Source: Bdellovibrionales bacterium (GTDB lineage: Bacteria; Bdellovibrionota; Bdellovibrionia; Bdellovibrionales; JAGQZY01). From it: a DNA stretch of 64,000 nucleotides. The stretch is from the NCBI GenBank assembly GCA_020435205.1, contig JAGQZY010000003.1, forward strand, positions 1,537 to 65,536, given 5' to 3'. Below the pieces are notes generated by a model, which ran no database searches, was not told the DNA's origin, and saw only the letters and a list, made by a program, of their open reading frames with translations. Shown here piece by piece: positions 33,300 through 41,468 of this stretch (within the stretch, counting starts at the first letter, position 1; each line of letters opens with the position of its first letter). Both the position numbers and the translations under genes were made by a program.

Positions 33300-34070
33300 A
33301 TGTCTATGGTCTTTCTCAAAATCGTCATCGTTTTTTTGATAGCATTCCCGACTTACCTTCTTGCTGCAGAATCTTCCCCATCGAACCAAGCTCCTGAACT
33401 TCCAGACCAGGAATTGAGTTTAAAAAAAGATCGAGCGGAATTAGATGAGCTTCGCAAAGATATCCCTGAGGATATAAAACGAGAGAATGATGATTTAGCT
33501 TATATCTTGAAGCTTATGGAAAACCCGAAGGCTAAGCCCAATCAGATTCGACAAAAATTCGATAAAACCATTCGTGACTTGCGCAAAAAAAAGCAGAAAG
33601 AATCTCGTCGCTTGCGAAATGACTTCACCAAAAAAGAGAAAAAAGCTCGCAAAGAGTTTTTAAAGAAGCAAAAAGAGCAGCGAACGGACTTTTTAAAAGA
33701 AAAGAAGGACAAAGACGAGCGCAAAGAGTTTTTTGAAGAGGAAAAGTCTAAATCCAAAGACTATTTTGCAGATGAAAGGGAGCGGCGCAAAGACTTTGAA
33801 TCTCAGGTGCGCGCACAGCAAAAGGAATTTGATGCCTTCGTCCGCGATAAAAGAAAAGAGTTCGATGACCTTTTCAGGGAATTCAAGAAGCGGCAAGAAG
33901 AGATAAAGAAGGCAGAAAAAGAAAAGAAAAAGCGGCAATACCAGAGTCAATTCCCACCCAAGCGCGATCAGCTTTCTGAGGAAAATAAAAAATACCTCGA
34001 GGAGTTCAAGAAAATTCCAAGAGGTCAGGGTGTGCCCCTGCAGCCCCCTCAGGAAAACGATGGAAAGTAA
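33300..34070 (+). CDS. Exported/anchored Lys-Glu-rich low-complexity helical protein
   Basis: Hydrophobic N-terminus (VFLKIVIVFLIAFPTYLLAA) followed by about 200 aa of K/E/R-rich repeats (KKEKKARKEFLKKQKEQRTDFLKEKKDKDERKEFFEEEK...). Confidence 0.7.
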   Translation: MSMVFLKIVIVFLIAFPTYLLAAESSPSNQAPELPDQELSLKKDRAELDELRKDIPEDIKRENDDLAYILKLMENPKAKPNQIRQKFDKTIRDLRKKKQKESRRLRNDFTKKEKKARKEFLKKQKEQRTDFLKEKKDKDERKEFFEEEKSKSKDYFADERERRKDFESQVRAQQKEFDAFVRDKRKEFDDLFREFKKRQEEIKKAEKEKKKRQYQSQFPPKRDQLSEENKKYLEEFKKIPRGQGVPLQPPQENDGK

Positions 34071-35090
34071 ATGCTATTGTTAAAACCTGCACGAAATATG
34101 CGGTTGGCAGTAATTGCCAGCTTATTATTCTCGCCGACAGTCTACGCAGAGAATGGAGCGAGACTTCGTGATTTACGTTCCGGGGCCCTCCTTGCTTTAG
34201 GAGTTAATTTGACCGATTTTGCATGGCGCTGTCCTCAGATTATCAATTGTGGTCACGGTGTGAGAGACACTGCGGGTTGTGCAACTCAAGTGCAAAGTTT
34301 TGCAAATGCGTTTCAGGCGGGAGGTTCAGGGAACTACCTAGAAGATGAGATGAAAAAGCTGGCCAATGATAGGAGTGCTCATCGTCTGCTCCGCAATATT
34401 CTTAGGCTAACAAAGCAAGACAAAGAGTTTAACTTATGGAATATCGCTTATCAGGGGTTTGGCAGGGATAAAGAAAAAGCCATGAGATTTCTTGCTACTT
34501 ATTTTATGCAAGAAAACTCAGATTCACCACACCTTTCAAAAGAAATGAATGCTCTAAAGAGTGAGGCGTTCTCCCTTCTCGTACCAAAAATAAGAGAAGG
34601 AAAAATTCAAGCTTATCCACCAGGAGTGGAGTCAAAAGATGCCACATTCTATCACTTTTATATTCCTGCTGTTATGGCATCTAATATGCGCAAGCAAGGA
34701 ATCCATGACCGGTATGCCAGTGCTATTCCAATTGCTTTTAATGAAGCCTACGAGTATGTATTTTTTCAAGGGAGGAGTTTGTTCCGAAAGATGAAAGGTA
34801 AGCCTAGCATGGGAGAAATGTCTTACTCTGACATTTATTCAGGTTATGCTGGAGTTCAATTTGCTTTATCAAAGGACACAGAGTCTTTTAGTGGGCCGAG
34901 TTCCTCAAAATGGCTTCCTGATTATAGAAAAAGAGGGGCTGCAGCAATTTCAGACTATCTTAAAAAGGGGCTGGGTGGAGAGCAGGCTTTTTGCAACGAT
35001 GAGGTTCCCTATGAGCGACCTGCAGGTGTTGACATAAAACGAGAAGACGTTCTTAGGGTTTATCCAGAGCCTGTTGGGACTTCGAATTGA
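34071..35090 (+). CDS. Secreted hypothetical protein (339 aa)
   Basis: The ATG directly abuts the previous stop. It has a signal peptide (MRLAVIASLLFSPTVYA) and no recognised family. Confidence 0.7.
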   Translation: MLLLKPARNMRLAVIASLLFSPTVYAENGARLRDLRSGALLALGVNLTDFAWRCPQIINCGHGVRDTAGCATQVQSFANAFQAGGSGNYLEDEMKKLANDRSAHRLLRNILRLTKQDKEFNLWNIAYQGFGRDKEKAMRFLATYFMQENSDSPHLSKEMNALKSEAFSLLVPKIREGKIQAYPPGVESKDATFYHFYIPAVMASNMRKQGIHDRYASAIPIAFNEAYEYVFFQGRSLFRKMKGKPSMGEMSYSDIYSGYAGVQFALSKDTESFSGPSSSKWLPDYRKRGAAAISDYLKKGLGGEQAFCNDEVPYERPAGVDIKREDVLRVYPEPVGTSN

Positions 35091-36157
35091 TGTGTAAAAT
35101 AATTTCAGTTTTTATTTTAACAAACTTATTGTGGGCTCAGACAACCAATGTAAAGGAAATTTCTACCTACAAAGCTCTCTCCCAAGAGCCGCCAGCGAAA
35201 TACCAGCTGGCAGAGAACTATGAAATGCTCTCTTGCCGCATCGGTAAAATTTTAAATCCATCGGGTCGCGAACACAATGTTCAGCAGCAAAGGCGAGGAT
35301 ACCAAAAAAACATTCGATCCATCAAAAAGTGGTCTGATAAGCTGGATATGGGTTTTGAATATAAGAATTGGCTGATGAATAAGATAGGCAGTCTCACTAC
35401 CAGCAGCAAAGATTTTTTTGTTTCCGATGCTTTGGTTATGAATGGTGACTCAGCAAAAAATGGAAATTTCCTTCATGCTTTAAAAAGTTATAAGGCAGAG
35501 GAATTTTCAAAAAATAAGAAGAAAGATTTTATCAATGATAAAGATCTCTATAATAAAGTGAAAGCTCATCAAGGATCTAAAGGTCGCAATTTTGATTCCA
35601 GTGCTTACTCTCAAATCGAAGATAAAAATATGGCGGCTTTTTTTAAACATCTTCACAGTATGGAAGCGTTGGCCTCACCCCTTGCTGAGTGGATTATTCA
35701 GCAACCCAAGCACTCAATTTCACCAGTTAGGCTTTTAGAAAAAGCCTCCAATATTTACGGAGACCCTTGGGTTGGACTAGGAGTGATTGGCTGGATTACC
35801 GCCTGGACAGTCAACAGTGAAGGGATTCCTAGAAGTCGGGGCGCAGTACTCGCCTCTCGCATGGCCCCTATATACAAGCAACCCAATCAAGATCACGCCG
35901 GTGCTTTATACCACTATTGGGGATACCTCACTCGCATTCTTTTAAATCCTCTTGATTATGGAAGACTCTCTTTTGTGAGTTTTGGTTACGAAATGGTTTA
36001 TCAAAACGACCCTCAAGACTACTATGCTGATTACTGGGGGATGAGATCGGCCATTCTTGCCAATTACATCATGACCAATCATGCCGGAAAAAGTTGTGAT
36101 GTACTGGTGCCTCAGACAAACAACGAAGAGTTAGAAAGTGACAAAAGTGTTCACTAA
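35090..36157 (+). CDS. Secreted hypothetical protein (about 355 aa), possible distant paralog of the preceding gene
   Basis: TGATG overlap with the upstream stop. It has a signal peptide (MCKIISVFILTNLLWA). The shared motif pattern is FYHFY...NEAYEY in the upstream protein and LYHYWG...GYEMVY here. Confidence 0.7.
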   Translation: MCKIISVFILTNLLWAQTTNVKEISTYKALSQEPPAKYQLAENYEMLSCRIGKILNPSGREHNVQQQRRGYQKNIRSIKKWSDKLDMGFEYKNWLMNKIGSLTTSSKDFFVSDALVMNGDSAKNGNFLHALKSYKAEEFSKNKKKDFINDKDLYNKVKAHQGSKGRNFDSSAYSQIEDKNMAAFFKHLHSMEALASPLAEWIIQQPKHSISPVRLLEKASNIYGDPWVGLGVIGWITAWTVNSEGIPRSRGAVLASRMAPIYKQPNQDHAGALYHYWGYLTRILLNPLDYGRLSFVSFGYEMVYQNDPQDYYADYWGMRSAILANYIMTNHAGKSCDVLVPQTNNEELESDKSVH

Positions 36158-36176
36158 AAGTAAACACAATTGCTGA

Positions 36177-36830
36177 TTATTGAACAAAAAAGCTATTTCT
36201 TGTTGGCGCGAAGGTATCGCCTGGAGCTAACAAATTGAAGAAACTAATCCCAAAATCAATTTGTATTTTAAACCATATAATTTGCTCATTGAGCTTAATA
36301 TTTTGATTTTGGGTTGTGAGCTCTGTGGTTAGAATTTGCGAGTATCCAAGTACAACCGACGTGACTGGGCTCAGCGGGAGAGCCAAGCCGGCCTGCCACT
36401 GGGTGGGATTATAATCATATTCGAAGAGTTCATTCACTGTGCCAGCCTTGAGATGCTTTCCTCGCATGAACTGGTAATCGATTCCAGCAAACAGATAGGA
36501 GTAGTTAAACCTTACGCCTGTTCCCAAACCATTAAACTGACCCCATTCTGCAAGAGCCGCTGTGCTCGCATTGTTCGTTAAAGAGGTGTAGCGATAGGAT
36601 AGGTCAAAATCAATAGAGAAAAGCCCCGAATTGAGCAGTGGAAATAGAACATCGCCCTGTACAGCAACACCACTATATTTAGCATTTAAAGAACCCGTGG
36701 CAATGGTCAAACTAGGATAACCAACAGAGATTTCCATACCCACACCCTTTTGTGTGGAGGCCCAGCTTGATGAACAAAACAAGAGAAGAATAGAGAGAAA
36801 GAATAATCTATTCACTGGAGATATCCCCAA
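36177..36830 (-). CDS. Small outer-membrane beta-barrel protein (OmpW/porin-like)
   Basis: Signal peptide (FFLSILLLFCSSSWA) and alternating hydrophobic/aromatic beta-strand pattern with Gly-rich turns. The start is TTG 36830 or GTG 36815, and either overlaps the upstream gene end. Confidence 0.6.
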   Translation of the reverse strand: MGISPVNRLFFLSILLLFCSSSWASTQKGVGMEISVGYPSLTIATGSLNAKYSGVAVQGDVLFPLLNSGLFSIDFDLSYRYTSLTNNASTAALAEWGQFNGLGTGVRFNYSYLFAGIDYQFMRGKHLKAGTVNELFEYDYNPTQWQAGLALPLSPVTSVVLGYSQILTTELTTQNQNIKLNEQIIWFKIQIDFGISFFNLLAPGDTFAPTRNSFFVQ

Positions 36831-37791
36831 TGATCACCATGTCAGCGATATTCAGGCTGTAGACATCACGGATAAATGGTTCTGTACCAACTCTTTCTCC
36901 GGTCGTTGTGATTCGTTCAATGCTGTCCGTTGCTGAGGATGCTACTAATAGATCTCCATTGGGAAGCTCGACAATACCAGTAGGATCGTTGATGATTGAA
37001 GTGTCAGTATCCCAAACGATAACCGGATTAGAGCCATCGGGATCAGCTCGATACACGCGGTCGTCGCCTTGGGTAGTTACGTAAAGGTAACCATCAGAAT
37101 GCAAAAGGATTCCATAGGGATTATTGCCAAAACTGACGTGACTAACACAAGTGGCTGTAGAGGTGCTGATGTCGTAGGTCAAAATTTCATCAGCTCCACC
37201 AGCATTGGCAACCACAAGCTGGCCGCTAGCATTAACGAGCATTCCACGAGGTGAGTTCAATGTGCAGGCGCCAGTATTGGTATCGATAAGATCGCTTCCG
37301 AGCCGAATACCGCTGGCATCAAAAACTTCAATGCGATTATTTTCGGTGGCATAGACATTACCATTGGTACCAATGGCAAGATCGTATATTGTGCCGCTAA
37401 ACTGTGCTGAGCCATGGAATAGGGTTTTGCTTCCATCTAAGTTAATTTGGTAAATGGAATCCGTTGTGTCTAAACTCATGTAAACATTTTCTGAGTCTAG
37501 AGCAACGAGTCCTCTGGGGGTCGCTGTTTCGGCGCGAAAGTTACCACCCCTAATGAATTCCCCGTCGGTAGTATAAAAGGCAAATCCACGGTGGTTTCCG
37601 TCAGAACCAGCAATAACTAAATAGGGGATACTTGTGCTCGTCTCTGAAGCCAGGCTCAGGACATCACCTTGTTCTTTTCCACATGAAATAAACAGCAGGG
37701 AAAAAGCTACGAATAGCGATATGTGGACGGGCATCTTCATACGTATCATATCGGTATATTTTCTTGAAAATTTAAGATCAAAATAAGACAT
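36808..37791 (-). CDS. NHL-repeat / six-bladed beta-propeller lipoprotein
   Basis: Lipobox LLFISC after MKMPVHISLFVAF; internal starts at 37749, 37740 or 37734 are possible. Repeated motifs such as PRGLVALDSENVYMS, IYDLAIGTNGNVYAT, PRGMLVNASGQLVVAN, PYGILLHSDGYLYVT and PTGIVELPNGDLLVAS are typical NHL blades. Confidence 0.75.
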   Translation of the reverse strand: MSYFDLKFSRKYTDMIRMKMPVHISLFVAFSLLFISCGKEQGDVLSLASETSTSIPYLVIAGSDGNHRGFAFYTTDGEFIRGGNFRAETATPRGLVALDSENVYMSLDTTDSIYQINLDGSKTLFHGSAQFSGTIYDLAIGTNGNVYATENNRIEVFDASGIRLGSDLIDTNTGACTLNSPRGMLVNASGQLVVANAGGADEILTYDISTSTATCVSHVSFGNNPYGILLHSDGYLYVTTQGDDRVYRADPDGSNPVIVWDTDTSIINDPTGIVELPNGDLLVASSATDSIERITTTGERVGTEPFIRDVYSLNIADMVIIGDISSE

Positions 37792-37926
37792 CTATACCTT
37801 AGCCCATGAGAAGTTGTCGAAGGCGGCGCCCGTCTTGAGTCTAGGGGATTGGTGGGGGGGCAATAAAATGTGTATCAATCTAGGAATTACTAATACTTAG
37901 CCCACTTTTGACCGATATGTTTGTTG

Positions 37927-40917
37927 ATGTTGGCAAAGCTAAAGTACCTATTCATAATTGGAACTCTTTCGCTCTCTTTCTCCGGCTGTAAGCAGGGGAG
38001 TGATGCTTTTGATTTGCTGGGCAGTAGTGACACGACCTCGGTTGAGGATTTAGAAATTACGAGTCGAATTCCCGATCAAGCTTTAATCACGCTCAAGATC
38101 GGCGAATCTCAGCAATTTGCTGTCACCGCTTTGGCTCCGGCTCCACGAACCGTTTCTTATTCTTGGAAGCTAGATGGTTCAGCCTCTGGCGCCGGTCAAG
38201 TTTTTACCTTTACTGCAACAGCTGGGTTGGTGGGCGAGCACAGCTTGAAAGCTATTGTCACCGATGGCGAATCAGTCAAAGAAAACGAGTGGACGATTGT
38301 GGTCAATGCACCACCAGTGATTACGGCAATTTCAACGGGCACTCAAAAAGTCGCGGTGGGATCCACCATTAATATTTCAGCTTCTGCCACAGACCCAAAT
38401 GGTGACACCTTAACCTACAGTTGGGTGGTGGATGGAGCCACCAGTGCCTTTCTCACGGGGACAACAGGGACAGGAAGTTTTACCGGTGACTCTTCTTTAG
38501 TTGGTGCTCGAACCATTACTCTCACTGTGAGTGATGGGATTGAGAGCGTGTCCACTTCGTGGAGTGCTGAAGTGAATTATTTTCCTCAAGCTTGCAACAC
38601 TTTAGCGCAAGGAGAAATTTGTACATATAGTGGTGGACCTCACAAAGGAACAGGTTATCCTGTGACCAATACAACCTTTCCACTCCGTTTTCGACCTTTC
38701 AGTCATGTGCAAGATGCGCTAGGAAATATTTTTATTTCTGACCTCGATAGTAATGTCATTTGGTATTGGAATAAGACAGCAGCTCCAGTGAGTCGAATTG
38801 GGCAAACCATTCCAGCAGGAGTCATCCAAATTGTTGCTGGGACTGGTGAAGCAGCAAGTGGTGGATCTGGCATCCCAGCTCTGCAGTCAGCTCTAAATAG
38901 CCCTCGAGGGCTGTGGTACAATGACGTCACCGGGACTCTTTACGTTGCAGAGTATAGTGGTCACGCCGTGAAATACATCGATAACACGGGGACAGTATTT
39001 GTGGGAATGGGCGGAGGAACTAGCCATGTTGATGGCAACACAGCCTACAATCACGATTGCAATAACCCTGTCCATCTTGCCCATTACAATAACAATTTGT
39101 ATGTCACTTGTTATGCCCATCATCGGGTGAAAAGATGGGATCTGGCGACCGATTTAGGCTATATTGCCGGTGGTGATGGAGGCAATGATATTGCCGGGGA
39201 AAACACCAATCCAACCACTTCAGGAATTGGCAACCCTTATGGACTTTACGTCGATGCCAATGGAATTTATGTGGGTAGTTACTCTCAGCACGTGGTGAGA
39301 TTCATCAACCACAGTGGTGCTCCTTACACATTTTGGAGCGGAAACCCCGATCAAGTGATCGTTGCCAATGGCATGATTGCCTCCATTATTGGTGACGGAG
39401 GAACTTCAGAGCCAGGTTTGGCCATGAATCCCCTGAGCGAATCCTTAGGGCGACCGGTGACGATCACAGTCCGTAATGGCAATGAAATCTTTGTCGGCGG
39501 TCAGCAGCGGGATGATATTGTTCTCGTTAATAATTCAGGAGCTGGTGTGACTATTGATGGAATCACTGTGAATCCTGGCCTTCTCTCTCGCATCAACAAT
39601 TCTGCGGGTGGCTATAATGGAGATATCAATATTAGTAATGCTCGAGTAGACGACCCTTACCAATTGTCGGTGGATATTTTGGACAATAATAAACTGATAT
39701 TGTCCGATTATAATAACTATCGATTACGTGAGCTGGATTTTACCTCTGGAAGATTTTCCAACTTAGCTGGAACAGGCCGAGGAGAGTTGGGATTTTATGG
39801 AGATGTAGAGCTGCCCACCCAAGAGCACCTTTTTAATTATCCCACAGGGATTTTATTTGATGACACCACTCGCACTCTCTTTTTTGCAGACCAAAATAAC
39901 CATCGATTGCGCCAGACGGATGCTTACGGGAGAACCTCAACAGCATTGTGCCGAGGCGCGGGTGATCCTACTATTGATAATGATTTTCCATCCAATGCAC
40001 TTTGCAGAACTAATATTAATAGCAATAACTCAATGAACAACAGTTTTGATATTTGGTCAGATGGCTCTTTAGCCGTCCTCAATAGTTATGGTCACAATGT
40101 TAGAATTTGGAACCGCAGTGGGGCGGATCAAACCTATTTGGGCTCATTCATTCAAAATGACCGAGTCACCACTGTGGCTGGTGATTGGGTCGCTGGCGCT
40201 GGTAATGGCCCTGATGGACCGGCTTTGAACACTCAGTATCAATATCCCAATAGTGTTAAATTTTTCAATAATGCTGGCAATATGGAGCTTTGGATTCTCG
40301 ACACTATGAACCATTGTTTAAGAATGGTCGATAGTGCTGGTAATAGCACGACAATGTTGGGCCTTTGCGGGACTTCTGGAGATCCGGGACCGAGTGCCGC
40401 TGCGGCTGCGGCTCGTTTTAATAGGCCGCGGGGTTTGCTCATTGATGGAAGCGGAAATATTTATATTTCTGATTATAACAACGACACCATCTGGTTCTGG
40501 AATCGTGGAGGAAGCCCCGTCACAATTGGGACTGTCACCATTAACCCTAATGATGTTGCAAAAGTAGCTTGCTTGTCGGGATCGTCGGGGAGTAGTGCGG
40601 AAAACGTATTTGCAACAACCGCTCGATGTAATGAGCCTGCAGGGCTTGCAATGAGTGGTAACAACCTGTGTTTTGCGCAAAGAAACCGCCATAACGTGCG
40701 TTGTATAGACATCACGACAGGACTAATCAGTACTGTTGCGGGAAGGGTCGAGGCGGCTCCTCGTTCAGGGTCTCTTTTTGACTATTCTCAGGAAGGTGTG
40801 GCAGCAACATCAGCCACTCTTTCCTATCCTGCGGCAATCGCCTTTGACGCCAACGGAGATTTATATATTTCTGATACCTACAATCATGTTATTCGAAAAG
40901 TGAAACTCAGTCCTTAG
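37927..40917 (+). CDS. Large lipoprotein with Ig-like (PKD/Big-type) repeats followed by many NHL/beta-propeller repeats
   Basis: Start at the ATG 37927 gives MLAKLKYLFIIGTLSLSFSGC (lipobox). There are two similar roughly 90-aa Ig-like units (YSWKLDGSASGAG...HSLKAIVTDGE and YSWVVDGATSAFL...RTITLTVSDGI). These are followed by numerous NHL-like blades (PRGLWYNDVTGTLYVAEY, PYGLYVDANGIYVGSY, PTGILFDDTTRTLFFADQNNHRLR, PRGLLIDGSGNIYISDYNNDTIW, PAAIAFDANGDLYISDTYNHVIRKV). Confidence 0.8.
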   Translation: MLAKLKYLFIIGTLSLSFSGCKQGSDAFDLLGSSDTTSVEDLEITSRIPDQALITLKIGESQQFAVTALAPAPRTVSYSWKLDGSASGAGQVFTFTATAGLVGEHSLKAIVTDGESVKENEWTIVVNAPPVITAISTGTQKVAVGSTINISASATDPNGDTLTYSWVVDGATSAFLTGTTGTGSFTGDSSLVGARTITLTVSDGIESVSTSWSAEVNYFPQACNTLAQGEICTYSGGPHKGTGYPVTNTTFPLRFRPFSHVQDALGNIFISDLDSNVIWYWNKTAAPVSRIGQTIPAGVIQIVAGTGEAASGGSGIPALQSALNSPRGLWYNDVTGTLYVAEYSGHAVKYIDNTGTVFVGMGGGTSHVDGNTAYNHDCNNPVHLAHYNNNLYVTCYAHHRVKRWDLATDLGYIAGGDGGNDIAGENTNPTTSGIGNPYGLYVDANGIYVGSYSQHVVRFINHSGAPYTFWSGNPDQVIVANGMIASIIGDGGTSEPGLAMNPLSESLGRPVTITVRNGNEIFVGGQQRDDIVLVNNSGAGVTIDGITVNPGLLSRINNSAGGYNGDINISNARVDDPYQLSVDILDNNKLILSDYNNYRLRELDFTSGRFSNLAGTGRGELGFYGDVELPTQEHLFNYPTGILFDDTTRTLFFADQNNHRLRQTDAYGRTSTALCRGAGDPTIDNDFPSNALCRTNINSNNSMNNSFDIWSDGSLAVLNSYGHNVRIWNRSGADQTYLGSFIQNDRVTTVAGDWVAGAGNGPDGPALNTQYQYPNSVKFFNNAGNMELWILDTMNHCLRMVDSAGNSTTMLGLCGTSGDPGPSAAAAAARFNRPRGLLIDGSGNIYISDYNNDTIWFWNRGGSPVTIGTVTINPNDVAKVACLSGSSGSSAENVFATTARCNEPAGLAMSGNNLCFAQRNRHNVRCIDITTGLISTVAGRVEAAPRSGSLFDYSQEGVAATSATLSYPAAIAFDANGDLYISDTYNHVIRKVKLSP

Positions 40918-41468
40918 AATTCGATGCCAAGACCGATAAGCATATTCATTTGCTTGGCCAGTGCATCACCATTGCCGTAAAGATAGTCATATCGAAACTC
41001 TGCATTCAAAAAGACATCTCTACTCAGTGAATAGTCGACTCCAAGGCTCATACCAGGCCCCAAATAGCTTGAGGATAGGGCTAAATTAAAAATTCTTTGG
41101 CGAAAAGACAAGCCAATATAGGGGCGCCATTTTTCTTGGATAATTATAGAGGCTTTTCCAGATTCAATATCTATGGTTCCGGCACTGGTGAAGGGAAAGT
41201 ATTTTCCGCCAAAATCAAAACCATAGCCTGAGCTGCCAGTGTAGATATCACTCATGAGGACATTGATCCCGAAAACACCCTGGAACTTTGGCGACACCGC
41301 ATAGGCGATCTCAACAGAGTAGGCGCCAAAGCCACTGCTTGACTCCGAATTGGACCGAACATTTTCGGTTTGGAAACTCCAACTTCCTCCTTTGATGGCC
41401 ACTTGTCCAACAGAGGCAGAGCTGGAAACTCCGAAAAATAAAACCAAAGTGCTAAGCGCTAGCTTCAT
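40914..41468 (-). CDS. Small outer-membrane beta-barrel protein
   Basis: Start at the ATG 41468 gives the signal peptide MKLALSTLVLFFGVSSSASV. It shows a beta-strand alternation pattern and a C-terminal ...IGLGIEF ending in Phe, the classic OMP beta-signal. It is the last gene of the mot operon. Confidence 0.65.
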   Translation of the reverse strand: MKLALSTLVLFFGVSSSASVGQVAIKGGSWSFQTENVRSNSESSSGFGAYSVEIAYAVSPKFQGVFGINVLMSDIYTGSSGYGFDFGGKYFPFTSAGTIDIESGKASIIIQEKWRPYIGLSFRQRIFNLALSSSYLGPGMSLGVDYSLSRDVFLNAEFRYDYLYGNGDALAKQMNMLIGLGIEF

